Source: a virus (Duplodnaviria; Heunggongvirae; Uroviricota; Caudoviricetes). Taken from it: 64,000 nt of DNA. Positions 20,489 to 29,380 of this stretch are shown here, one piece after another (the first letter of the stretch is position 1; the number at the start of each line of letters is the position of its first letter). The position numbers and the translations under genes were made by a program. The stretch spans positions 9,429-73,428 of IMG/VR virus record IMGVR_UViG_3300031787_000010; one strand, 5' to 3'. Below the pieces are notes generated by a model. It was not told the DNA's origin. It was given only the letters and a program-made list of their open reading frames with translations, and made no database searches.

Positions 20489-21250
20489 TTACTTCTCGTA
20501 CTTATAGACAAAATGCATGGACGGATCTGATAAATGTCCAGTTTTTCGGTATTCTTTCATTTGTTCGAGTACGTGGACTTTCATTTTGTTGATAACTTTC
20601 GTAATATGAACAGTTTTATGATTAGTCATTTCACGAATTAACAAATATAAAGCTTTTTTGTTAAAATTTTCTATGGAATTTGAACGCCGGAGAAGTTCTA
20701 CGACAGCGTTAGCAATTTCTACATCCTTTTTCTTTCTAAAAATCTTGGTAAGATTGAAATCCCAATACTGCACCAATAAATTGATAAAATCTTTGGCATC
20801 ACTGTGAGCTGTTTCTGTCTCTGGTGCAACCATTAGTACTTCTTCAAGAACAAACGAGTCATCGCCAGCTGAATCAGTTAGGTATGCTGAACGCATGCCA
20901 TCCCGATATGCGTTGTTGTTGTGTAAAATAAGATAGTTTTTTGCAACTACAGAAAAATACGAAAAGGCTTTACCTTTATCTTCCGTAAATTTGTGTAAAT
21001 TCAACACTAAAAATGATACTACTTGATTTTTAATATCATCAAAACTCTCTTCAATATACGGGAACTTAAATCTATTAATGATATTTTCTGCTAGTTTGTT
21101 AAACGCAGGGTGAATACGTTTTTTAAAAATTAGTTCTCGTTCAAATTCATCTGTACATTTATTATATTCAATAATTGCAGCTTCTGTATCCGAACTAAAG
21201 TAAATTTTTCCGGCTGGCTTTGGTTGTTCAATTTTTGCTGGTTCCGTCAT
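20489..21250 (-). CDS. RNA polymerase sigma factor, T4 gp55-like (late)
   Basis: KF...KGKAFSYFSVVAKNYLI aligns by eye with sigma region 2 of gp55-like proteins; start adjusted to MTEPAK. Confidence 0.65.
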   Translation of the reverse strand: MTEPAKIEQPKPAGKIYFSSDTEAAIIEYNKCTDEFERELIFKKRIHPAFNKLAENIINRFKFPYIEESFDDIKNQVVSFLVLNLHKFTEDKGKAFSYFSVVAKNYLILHNNNAYRDGMRSAYLTDSAGDDSFVLEEVLMVAPETETAHSDAKDFINLLVQYWDFNLTKIFRKKKDVEIANAVVELLRRSNSIENFNKKALYLLIREMTNHKTVHITKVINKMKVHVLEQMKEYRKTGHLSDPSMHFVYKYEK

Positions 21251-21503
21251 CCGATGCCCCATATAAAAGTGGACGCAAATCATTGACGGTATCTGTTATT
21301 TGTTGGAACACGGTGCCCACATCGTCATCAGATTCAAACATTTGCTTTTCGTCAATCATTCGCATAGTATGTAATGTAATATTCAATCTAGAATAAAAAT
21401 CTTCTATTGTCTGTTCATAAAATTCATTTTTACGAAACAGATTGGTTGTAACAAATACAAAAATTATGTTTAGTATTATTGAGATTATCAGTATAGTAAT
21501 CAT
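21228..21503 (-). CDS. membrane-anchored hypothetical protein
   Basis: N-terminal hydrophobic helix. Confidence 0.55.
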   Translation of the reverse strand: MITILIISIILNIIFVFVTTNLFRKNEFYEQTIEDFYSRLNITLHTMRMIDEKQMFESDDDVGTVFQQITDTVNDLRPLLYGASDDGTSKN

Positions 21504-22033
21504 ATAGTTTTACTGTTTAGTGATGGTAAATAAAAACTACTAAAATACGACATATACTTGGTTATAGTAGTTCCATTTGCATCAGAAGTAACTCGACCGT
21601 TAAAAAATTGTTGAATGCCGCCGGCGCCAGCAAAGTGTGCTCCAGCTAGAATTCCCGCTCGAGTAATTTTAATTCCACGAACAGTCTTTCCTTCGTATTT
21701 TTCAATATAACGAGAAAGTTTGTTTTCATGTAACTTCATAAGACGAACCATTGCTGTATCTTGTAATGTCGGATTATTTAAAAACTCTCGCTGAGAGGTT
21801 CTGATACCAACGGCTCGAATTGCCGGCATACTAAATTGATACTTACCCATCATTCCGAATCGATTCACAATACGATGGTTGCCACCGCTTTCAATAGTGG
21901 CGACCCGTTCAAGAAACTGTTCCACTGGCGTTGGTTCCGACAATGGTAATGATTTTATTGAAATTTTTGTAGAATTTTCTGTAAGATATATAGAACTAAG
22001 CAGTGCTATAATTAGTATAATAAATTTTTCCAT
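21500..22033 (-). CDS. lysozyme-fold / lytic transglycosylase-like protein with signal anchor
   Basis: IESGGN...GKYQF motif with putative catalytic Glu; hydrophobic N-terminus. Confidence 0.65.
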   Translation of the reverse strand: MEKFIILIIALLSSIYLTENSTKISIKSLPLSEPTPVEQFLERVATIESGGNHRIVNRFGMMGKYQFSMPAIRAVGIRTSQREFLNNPTLQDTAMVRLMKLHENKLSRYIEKYEGKTVRGIKITRAGILAGAHFAGAGGIQQFFNGRVTSDANGTTITKYMSYFSSFYLPSLNSKTI

Positions 22034-22043
22034 ACTTATATCC

Positions 22044-23078
22044 TCATAGAAGATGTGGGCGGGCTTCGTTAATCCCAGCGTTTGTTACACGCACATAATC
22101 AGGATAAAACTCTGCTATGTTATTAGCTCCCGCATAAGAAAGTGCTGAGCGCAATCCGTCTAGTAGACCTTCAACGATAAACTTCACTCCACCCTTAAAA
22201 GGTACAACCGTAGACTCTCCCTCAACGTTCCTAATTGATTGCCCATGCACACTCTTTGTTTCAAGTGATGCAGCACCACGATACCGCTTATATAATCCAT
22301 TCGACTTCTCAATAATTGCTCCAGGTGCTTCTTTTGTTCCTGCGATAAGTGAACCTAAAATAACAGAATCAGCTCCAACAGCCAAAGCTTTTGCAATATC
22401 ACCACTATTACGAATACCGCCGCACGCAATAATGGGTACATTTGCCTCTGTAGCACAGTGCTGTAGTGATGTTACGTTTGGTACGCCGAACCCCGTCTTT
22501 ACTCTAGTCGTACACAAAGAGCCACCACCAATTCCTACTCGAATTGCATCTGCACCCCAAGACTGTAATGCGTGGGCTGCTTCTCCAGTAGCTACATTTC
22601 CAGCAATAACATCTACTTTAGACGGTAACGTTTTTTTCAAATTTTCAATAGCGTCCTTTACAAATTTGTGATATCCGTGTGCTACATCAATCAATATAAT
22701 ATTGACCCCAGCATCTACAAGTGCCTGAGCACGTTCCAGATAATCACCGTTTGCCCCCACCGCTGCCATAACAGGAATAGGACAATTCCACTCCTTATGC
22801 AAATCTTCGTCATTTATTGCAGAAATAACATGCAAGACTTCTACGATTTGTTCCGAAACCGTATTAAATCTGTGGATACATCCAACTCCACCCAATCGTG
22901 CCATTGCTACTGCCATATCGCTTTCACAGACAGTATCCATTGGTGATGCAATAAGAGGGACCATTAACTTATAATTAGTGGTCAATCGTGTTGATAAATC
23001 AATTTTCTGTCTAGATTCAATCTCCGAATACCTCGGAATTAATTGAATATCATCATAAGTTAGCGATTCATTAGCCAT
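22044..23078 (-). CDS. IMP dehydrogenase / GMP reductase family (no CBS domains)
   Basis: LTYDDIQLIP, ASPMDTV, IDVAHG, GNVAT, VGIGGGSLCTTR, GGIRNSGDIAKAL. Confidence 0.92.
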   Translation of the reverse strand: MANESLTYDDIQLIPRYSEIESRQKIDLSTRLTTNYKLMVPLIASPMDTVCESDMAVAMARLGGVGCIHRFNTVSEQIVEVLHVISAINDEDLHKEWNCPIPVMAAVGANGDYLERAQALVDAGVNIILIDVAHGYHKFVKDAIENLKKTLPSKVDVIAGNVATGEAAHALQSWGADAIRVGIGGGSLCTTRVKTGFGVPNVTSLQHCATEANVPIIACGGIRNSGDIAKALAVGADSVILGSLIAGTKEAPGAIIEKSNGLYKRYRGAASLETKSVHGQSIRNVEGESTVVPFKGGVKFIVEGLLDGLRSALSYAGANNIAEFYPDYVRVTNAGINEARPHLL

Positions 23079-23080
23079 AA

Positions 23081-23707
23081 TTACCTCTGTATTGTTCCAT
23101 AATAGTCGTTCTGTTTGCGTTGTCTTTCAATATCTTTCACATGATACAAAGACCACTCTTCTTCCGGTGGTAAATTTGCTATAGTTTTACATCCGACAAT
23201 TCGTTCGTGGACTTTTCCTTCCCATTTGATATCTTTAGAATTTCTATATAGTCGAGTTTGATAATCTGGGAACATTACCCATCCTAATTCATTTACTTGC
23301 CATCCCCAACGACGAATATCTTCTTCAGTCAATCCACTGACGACATTAACACGCGGAATTAAAAATAAATCTACGTTAGTATTATTATACACAATATCAT
23401 GCATGTATGTCAAGAGGTTTGAATGAAATTTTTCATCAGCGTCTACTTGAAAAATATAATCACCTCGACACAAAGAGTTTAGATAATTTTTGTGCTCAGA
23501 AAAATCGTTGTCTAACGAGTGACTATATAACCGAATTCTGTCGGCGTCAAAATGTGTGTATAAAATTTGTGATGTGAACTCATCTGTGGAGTTGTCATCA
23601 ACGACGACAATCTCATCTCCCGTATTTTCGCAGTGGGGGATGAGTTGATCGAGAAGGTCTTGGATATATAGTCCTTCGTTGTGTGTTGTTATCGCAAATG
23701 AAATCAT
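23081..23707 (-). CDS. glycosyltransferase family 2
   Basis: VVVDDNSTD, FQVDADE (DXD), PDYQTRLY. Confidence 0.85.
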   Translation of the reverse strand: MISFAITTHNEGLYIQDLLDQLIPHCENTGDEIVVVDDNSTDEFTSQILYTHFDADRIRLYSHSLDNDFSEHKNYLNSLCRGDYIFQVDADEKFHSNLLTYMHDIVYNNTNVDLFLIPRVNVVSGLTEEDIRRWGWQVNELGWVMFPDYQTRLYRNSKDIKWEGKVHERIVGCKTIANLPPEEEWSLYHVKDIERQRKQNDYYGTIQR

Positions 23708-24603
23708 ACCAACTCTCTGTATTTAAATAATGCCAGTTCTTTTGCTTTCGCTTCAAGGTCAACATCAATTGTCAGTCCAAAATCATCAATCACAGTAAAC
23801 ACATAATCGGCATGAGCACGTGGATTACCTTTGACGTTTTCGTTGATATTTTTACTTTCACTATAATGAAACAATGGAGTGATACCTTCTGGCCAAGTTC
23901 CAGCGGAAAGTTCTGCAGCGTCTTGTGTGGTTAATCCATCTGAATGAAACTGGTGATGAAAATAGTCGAAGGTAAGTGGAATACCAAGCTCTGTATGTAG
24001 ATATGTAAACAGTTGAATAATAGAGAATGCCGATTCCTTGTCATCGTTTTCGACGACCATACGTGCTTGAAGATTCGGTGACAAACGACGATAGTTGTCA
24101 ATCCAACGTTGTGCGGTTTCTTCGGAAAAGTTCATACCAACGTGGATATTGATGGCGTTGTACGGACTGGCTTCCAGACCCATATAGTCAAATACGGTAG
24201 AATGAAGTTCCAAATCCTTTATAGAATTCAATACAACCGACTCTTTCTCCGAACCCAACTTTACAAAGTGATCGGGGTGTGCGGTGATACGTTGACCAGT
24301 TGCCTTGGCAAAATCACCACATTCCTTCAACTTACTGACAATCGCAAAATAGTCGGGGAGGTGCGTTTCTTTGTATTCTGTACCCCACGGGAAAATACCC
24401 GACCCCATACGGAACACCTTGACACCATTATCGGCGTTCCACTTTAGAATAGTCAGTAGGTCATTAGCGTTAGCAAGTGCGAGTTCAGATGCGTACTTCA
24501 ACCCCTTAGCTTCAAAGGTTGCTTTACGCATAGCGCGACCTGTAGTAATTTTTTTCTTTTGTAGTGTAGTATTGATACAACAATAACCAACGTTATGTGG
24601 CAT
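23704..24603 (-). CDS. uvsE: UV damage endonuclease
   Basis: VGYCCIN, FRMGS, RITAHP, NIHVG, VENDD, LTFDYFHH, HYSES, HADY, EAKAKE. Confidence 0.92.
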   Translation of the reverse strand: MPHNVGYCCINTTLQKKKITTGRAMRKATFEAKGLKYASELALANANDLLTILKWNADNGVKVFRMGSGIFPWGTEYKETHLPDYFAIVSKLKECGDFAKATGQRITAHPDHFVKLGSEKESVVLNSIKDLELHSTVFDYMGLEASPYNAINIHVGMNFSEETAQRWIDNYRRLSPNLQARMVVENDDKESAFSIIQLFTYLHTELGIPLTFDYFHHQFHSDGLTTQDAAELSAGTWPEGITPLFHYSESKNINENVKGNPRAHADYVFTVIDDFGLTIDVDLEAKAKELALFKYRELV

Positions 24604-24630
24604 GAAAACCCCGCTTAAAAGTATAAGTTA

Positions 24631-24659
24631 AATATACTCGTAAGCGGAGTGTTTGTCAA
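24631..24659 (-). promoter_or_regulatory. sigma70-type promoter
   Basis: TTGACA-17-TATATT upstream of uvsE. Confidence 0.7.
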
Positions 24660-24664
24660 GACTT

Positions 24665-25780
24665 TTATCTATTTGGAGCTATACGTTGATTATAATAATT
24701 AACTGCTATAGGGTCATTTTCCCATTCATGTTTTTTACTCCAATCGAAATCTCCACGCAAATAGTACTGTGGATCGTTTCTGTTTACCGCACCGTGAAGT
24801 TTAGGTTCTTCTACTATTACTTGTTCGGATTCCGGTTCTATGGGTTCTTCTTTAATAAATACTTTATAAGGTTCGTCGTCTTTTAATAATTGTTTAAGTG
24901 CTTCGGTTGGTTCCGGTGGATTTTCTATTAACTCTTGTATTTTATCAAATGCCTCGTCACTTACAATAATATTTTTATTTTCTATATTATTAATCAATGT
25001 TTTTTCTTCTGTTTTGTTTTTTAATAGAAAATTTACCGCGATAACCAACGCTACGGCAAGTGGGTCAAACACCAATACAATAACAAGTGTAAACCACTTT
25101 ACTACAACATCGAGTGGAACGCCAAACATCTTTGCAATATATACGAACGTACCAATGTCACCGTTTGTTTCAATTTCTACTTGCTTTCCAATGGTGATAC
25201 CACGGAGACTGTCTCGTTGTTCCGACAGTTTTGATATTTCGTTTTGTAATGTCGTTACGTTTCTATCTGCAGCAGTTAATGCTGATTGAGCAGAACGAAT
25301 AGTCGTATTATTACCCGTTGTGGAACGAGATACTAATTGGTCAAGTCGAGTTTCCTGTTGTGCTCGTAAAGAAATTAATTGATTTAATCTATCTTCTTTA
25401 CGTTTAATATCTTGTTCAATACTTCCAATACGACCATCGGTAGCTTGGATATCCGCACTTAATTGTAATGGTGTAGCAGCAACTTTTGCATACGCTGACG
25501 ACAAGTATCCATAGATACCTGCTGACGTAATAATCATTAAAACCAGTGCGGCAATTGATAAATAACTTTTTAATGCTCTCGGTATCTCCTTCCAATATTG
25601 ATACAAGAATGAAATACTTACGACTTTACCCAGTTCCAATGCCGATGCCATAATAGCCGCACTTAATGCAGCTCCAGCAAAGAGTTTAGCAATACCCGTC
25701 ACCGAAAACACTGCGGCACAGAGTGCGACAAATGTTGCGGTCAACGAGGTAATAGCTATTAAAGAATTTCGTGTGTTCAT
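24665..25780 (-). CDS. multi-pass membrane protein with long coiled coil
   Basis: Three N-terminal TM segments (FSVTGIAKLF, LELGKVV), coiled coil, C-terminal TM (LVFDPLAVAL). Confidence 0.7.
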   Translation of the reverse strand: MNTRNSLIAITSLTATFVALCAAVFSVTGIAKLFAGAALSAAIMASALELGKVVSISFLYQYWKEIPRALKSYLSIAALVLMIITSAGIYGYLSSAYAKVAATPLQLSADIQATDGRIGSIEQDIKRKEDRLNQLISLRAQQETRLDQLVSRSTTGNNTTIRSAQSALTAADRNVTTLQNEISKLSEQRDSLRGITIGKQVEIETNGDIGTFVYIAKMFGVPLDVVVKWFTLVIVLVFDPLAVALVIAVNFLLKNKTEEKTLINNIENKNIIVSDEAFDKIQELIENPPEPTEALKQLLKDDEPYKVFIKEEPIEPESEQVIVEEPKLHGAVNRNDPQYYLRGDFDWSKKHEWENDPIAVNYYNQRIAPNR

Positions 25781-25793
25781 ATTAGTTGTATTG

Positions 25794-25830
25794 AAAAACG
25801 CGACTGACGTTGAGAACCCATCAGTCGCGT
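25794..25830 (-). terminator. intrinsic terminator
   Basis: ACGCGACTGA/TCAGTCGCGT stem followed by U5 on the minus strand. Confidence 0.75.
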
Positions 25831-25884
25831 ATTATTCTCCAAAGTAGGGTTACTATTTTGACGTAACTGTTAGGATCACCTCCC

Positions 25885-25950
25885 TTAATAAGTTACGTTG
25901 TTGATGGTGGAAATACAGCATTTGCAACTACAATTACCACATCCACACAT
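25885..25950 (-). CDS. 21-aa Cys-rich peptide MCGCGNCSCKCCISTINNVTY (metallothionein-like)
   Basis: Not in the ORF track; SD GGAGG 5 nt before ATG; directly downstream of hsp20. Confidence 0.5.
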   Translation of the reverse strand: MCGCGNCSCKCCISTINNVTY

Positions 25951-25978
25951 ACTAACCTCCATTTAATTTAAGGTTTGA

Positions 25979-26482
25979 TTACTTAATAGAAACCTTTTTA
26001 ACTTTACTTTCTGGTTCGACCGGCTTTTTCCGCGGAATTACTAGTGTAAGCAGACCGTCCCTAAAAGATGCATCGATACTATCGGTGTCCAACTGATCGT
26101 CGAGCCTAAATGAACGACTAAACGAACTACGTTTAAGTTCTCGTAAAAGATAAACACATTTATCGGTTTGCTCGTTCAGCTGGGACGCCTTTCCAACAAT
26201 ATGTAAAACATCCTTTTCTACTTCGACAGAAACATCGTCTTTATTGTATCCAGCAATTTCTGCTTCAATTTCAATTCTATCGTCAAATGATACTACGTTA
26301 ACTTTTGGAAATGCTGCTTTACTAAATGGGTCAATTCCAAATGTTTTATATACTTCTGGGAATTGTCCACGAAAAGCTTCATCAAAAAACCTATCGAATG
26401 TGTTCAACAAATTGTCTCGGTTGAATTCGATTTCCTTCTCAATAACACTTTTAGGTACACGTTGTACTGTCCATCTGGTCAT
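25979..26482 (-). CDS. small heat shock protein (Hsp20/alpha-crystallin)
   Basis: PKVNV...IEAEIAG...V.VE...L.I.G...RSSFSRSF.L...ASF.DGLLT.VIP; SD AAGGAG. Confidence 0.93.
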   Translation of the reverse strand: MTRWTVQRVPKSVIEKEIEFNRDNLLNTFDRFFDEAFRGQFPEVYKTFGIDPFSKAAFPKVNVVSFDDRIEIEAEIAGYNKDDVSVEVEKDVLHIVGKASQLNEQTDKCVYLLRELKRSSFSRSFRLDDQLDTDSIDASFRDGLLTLVIPRKKPVEPESKVKKVSIK

Positions 26483-26505
26483 AAGATTTCTCCTTATTAT
26501 GTGTT

Positions 26506-26551
26506 ACCATTTCCACTATCGGACAATGGTGCGTAAGACCCTTGCGGCGTC
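26506..26551 (-). promoter_or_regulatory. two hairpins in the hsp20 5' leader
   Basis: GACGCC-GCAA-GGGTC (imperfect stem, GNRA loop) and ACCATT..AATGGT stems upstream of the SD. Confidence 0.45.
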
Positions 26552-26573
26552 GTACTAAAGATAAATATAACAA

Positions 26574-26613
26574 AACGGACAAAAAGTAAACGTTATGTTA
26601 CCTTTTGTCCGTT
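26574..26613 (-). terminator. hairpin after the HD gene, probable terminator
   Basis: AACGGACAAAA/TTTTGTCCGTT inverted repeat. Confidence 0.6.
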
Positions 26614-26618
26614 AGTTA

Positions 26619-27254
26619 CTAAAATCGAGTTTTGTCGTTTTCTACTCGACTTGAAATATGATCAGCCCAATGAATGATATATGGGAGATTTGTTTTCATC
26701 GCATATGGTGCGAAGTTAATTAGGTAAGATTTGTTACCTTCGTCGTAGATACCATCGGAGAGCTTGATAGCCAACCACTCGTTCTGTGTTACCTGTACAC
26801 CGTACTTCTGTAGGAGGAAGAGTCCACGTTCTGGGGCCTTCATGTACTGAATATTCTCATTCTGACGGTAAAGTTCACCACGCTTCCGATGCCAATCACT
26901 ATCTTGCTCAACGTAGTATGGGCCCTCTTCGGGATTTCCAAGTTTACCAAGGTCGTGATGAAGGGCGGCAAAGATAAGTTCTTGCTTGGTGAAATTGATA
27001 TCACCTTCCATTCCCTTATATAGACCAGCAATCTTCAACGCGGTATCGGTAACACGGAGAATGTGGTCGAGGTATCCGCCGGGAAAAGCATTGTGAAAAT
27101 GAACCTTTCCAGATGCGGGCGCAATCAAAAGTTCATCTTGTAGTACATCATAGAGTGGCTTCAACTGTTCCCAACGGGGATCAGCTTGGAGATACTCCAT
27201 AAATTTGTTATAATTTTCTTGAATTTTTTCTTCTGAATTTTCGATTGTAAACAT
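26619..27254 (-). CDS. HD-domain phosphohydrolase
   Basis: APAS...H.AFPGGYLDH...LHHDLGK...SDG...HWAD. Confidence 0.88.
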   Translation of the reverse strand: MFTIENSEEKIQENYNKFMEYLQADPRWEQLKPLYDVLQDELLIAPASGKVHFHNAFPGGYLDHILRVTDTALKIAGLYKGMEGDINFTKQELIFAALHHDLGKLGNPEEGPYYVEQDSDWHRKRGELYRQNENIQYMKAPERGLFLLQKYGVQVTQNEWLAIKLSDGIYDEGNKSYLINFAPYAMKTNLPYIIHWADHISSRVENDKTRF

Positions 27255-27281
27255 AGTAACCTTTTAATTTGTTGTGATGAT

Positions 27282-27815
27282 TTACGATATAAGATGTTTT
27301 TCAAACATATGACGCTTATTGGAATGCTTCATCCATAGTTCAAATATAGTCGGTGTGGTTGGAATTTTCAAGAGGGTCATATTAGTATCATCTAACATAT
27401 AATGTGCTTTTTTATTGTTGCACGTAGAACAAGCGGTAACAAGATTATCCCAGGTAGATTTACCACCCCTATATTCTGGAATAATATGATCTCTAGTCAA
27501 AAACTCTCTAGTTCTAAATTCAGATTTATGTCTACCGCAGTATTGACATGTATTATTATCTCTAGTAAAAAGATTTTTCTGTGTCAATGTCGCTTTGGTT
27601 TGAAAGATTTTTCTACACTTTACAAATTCTTTCAAAGCTACCATAACTGGTACTTTAAAACTTTGACGTACAGAACGGACTACTAGATGTGGATGTTCTT
27701 CAACCACAGTAGCCTTGCCTTCAAAAATAAGGAGTAACGCACGTTTGGCGGTTACAATAGAAAGTGGTTCATAACTAGCATTTAGAACCACACACCGTGA
27801 ACTTTCGAATTCCAT
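27282..27815 (-). CDS. HNH endonuclease (McrA-like)
   Basis: LFTRDNNTCQYCG...TRDHIIP...GG..TWDNLVTAC..CN..K. Confidence 0.9.
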   Translation of the reverse strand: MEFESSRCVVLNASYEPLSIVTAKRALLLIFEGKATVVEEHPHLVVRSVRQSFKVPVMVALKEFVKCRKIFQTKATLTQKNLFTRDNNTCQYCGRHKSEFRTREFLTRDHIIPEYRGGKSTWDNLVTACSTCNNKKAHYMLDDTNMTLLKIPTTPTIFELWMKHSNKRHMFEKHLIS

Positions 27816-27819
27816 AAAA

Positions 27820-28131
27820 CTAAACCTCGTTGGACTCTTTAATCAATTTATTTATGTGATATTCATCGATAATCTTTTTTGTTTTTCCTGCGTACTCGTA
27901 ATCTTCTACCTTGATAAATTCTTTTAACGCATCTTCTAACATAGGTAGATAGTGCCTTTGCTGAACTACTCTAGGTTCAGATTCATCACCAAATTTAAAT
28001 AACTCTACTGTATCTAAATTTTGCTGAATTGCTTTTTTAATCTGTTTTACTGTATATTTGTATACTATAATTTTATTTTCTTTAAAGAACCGTTGCCAAA
28101 CTACTGCAGTTTTATCTGGAAGATTTAGCAT
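27820..28131 (-). CDS. hypothetical protein with C-terminal UVR-like helix
   Basis: Start adjusted to MLNLPDK; EDYEYAGK. Confidence 0.55.
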   Translation of the reverse strand: MLNLPDKTAVVWQRFFKENKIIVYKYTVKQIKKAIQQNLDTVELFKFGDESEPRVVQQRHYLPMLEDALKEFIKVEDYEYAGKTKKIIDEYHINKLIKESNEV

Positions 28132-28501
28132 TAGCCTTCCTCGGTTTTTTCGATTTCGTTTTTTTAACAACCGTTTTAGGTTTTGATGATGTGTGGGTTT
28201 TTCTTAACCGTGCAATTTCATCTTCTTCGACAATTTCCACACCCCTCACATAAACCTTTCCTTCGTGTTCAAAATAAGCTTTGAAGTGCCAACCTTTAGG
28301 TTTATCGGACTTTTCCTTTTTAACATAGTTATCTGGCGGAGCTACCATACGTTGTACACAATATGCACATATTACTTTACCTATGTCCATATTAACTTCT
28401 AATTCTTCTTCACCACACTCACTACACATTAACCATTTTGTACCCGTTATTTTGGCTGCTTGTGCTTTTGATAACTTACGAGTTCTTCTACGCAATGACA
28501 T
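28112..28501 (-). CDS. Zn-finger hypothetical protein
   Basis: CSEC...CAYC; KGWHFK..F. Confidence 0.65.
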   Translation of the reverse strand: MSLRRRTRKLSKAQAAKITGTKWLMCSECGEEELEVNMDIGKVICAYCVQRMVAPPDNYVKKEKSDKPKGWHFKAYFEHEGKVYVRGVEIVEEDEIARLRKTHTSSKPKTVVKKTKSKKPRKANAKSSR

Positions 28502-28504
28502 ATA

Positions 28505-28786
28505 TTAACCTCTTGATTTCCACAATCGATATTTTTTATTCCAATATCTTACAACTACTTGAACCTTTCCCCGTGCCCAAGGTGGATTCCCAAGTCGTTC
28601 AATATGGTTTCTAAACGCCTTAAGGTCTTGCCGTGCTGATAGTAGTTCGGTAAGCGTTGTTGCAAAGAATATTGTTTTTAACAATTCCTTATACTTTTCT
28701 TCTACAATCTGTTGTTCAGACACAGTTGTGTATCCGAATACAAAAGCCAGAAAGCGTTTAAATTTCTCATACATAGTACTCTCCAA
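28505..28786 (-). CDS. hypothetical protein
   Basis: ORF. Confidence 0.55.
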   Translation of the reverse strand: MESTMYEKFKRFLAFVFGYTTVSEQQIVEEKYKELLKTIFFATTLTELLSARQDLKAFRNHIERLGNPPWARGKVQVVVRYWNKKYRLWKSRG

Positions 28787-28816
28787 CTAAAATTTAAACA
28801 CTAACCGTCTTTTTTA

Positions 28817-29154
28817 TGGACCCGGCGGGAATCGAACCCGCGTCCGAAATTGCTTCCTATCAAGGATTTATGTGTGTAGTCAGTTATTGAAATTCATCCA
28901 GTTCTCGTTAACTAACAAACGTAAACTGAACATAGAACCGAAGTATCACCTTGAATACGGTTCCTATCAAGGCTATACCGTATGAATAAACAAATTAACC
29001 GTATACGGTCTATCGGGTTAATTCGTCAGGCTGCAATTAAGCAGCGAGGGCTAAATTATAGTTGCCAGTTAGATTTTTTGGTCTGTTTTACTCGTCTTAC
29101 CAAACGAGACACAAAGCTTAATCATCCACACCCCGTCGAAACCAAGACGGGCCC
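28817..29154 (-). ncRNA. ssrA: tmRNA, tag (A)GNYNLALAA
   Basis: 5' GGGCCCG...UUUCGACGGGG; 3' T-arm GCGGGUUCGAUUCCCGC and CGGGUCCA; G3.U70; tag ORF 29066-29037. Confidence 0.93.
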
Positions 29155-29160
29155 GTAAAC

Positions 29161-29307
29161 TTATATTTGAAATTTTGTATTATCGTTATTATCACCATCA
29201 GTACCACCACCGCCGCCACCGCCGGAAACTACAGTCTTAACATCTTTCTTAAATCCAAACTTCCAAATTAACACTGCTGCAACAGCTATTATCAATAGTA
29301 CTTTCAT
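29161..29307 (-). CDS. small membrane protein with poly-Gly tail
   Basis: MKVLLIIAVAAVLIWKFGF...GGGGGGG; start adjusted. Confidence 0.5.
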   Translation of the reverse strand: MKVLLIIAVAAVLIWKFGFKKDVKTVVSGGGGGGGTDGDNNDNTKFQI

Positions 29308-29380
29308 ATACGTTTCTCTGTTGGAGTAAAAGTTTATACTACTAATATAAATAGTAACTATAATAAAAGTCAAGTGGTTT

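Noticed and set aside
179-21000. Many plus-strand ORFs in the track (179-496, 6904-7092, 8482-8880, 11222-11581, 18055-18546 and others)
   Set aside because: Antisense shadows of well-supported minus-strand genes; no SD or recognisable motifs
25873-25887. 16S rRNA 3'-end fragment on the plus strand
   Set aside because: Only 11-15 nt with no other rRNA sequence; treated as an SD-like element instead
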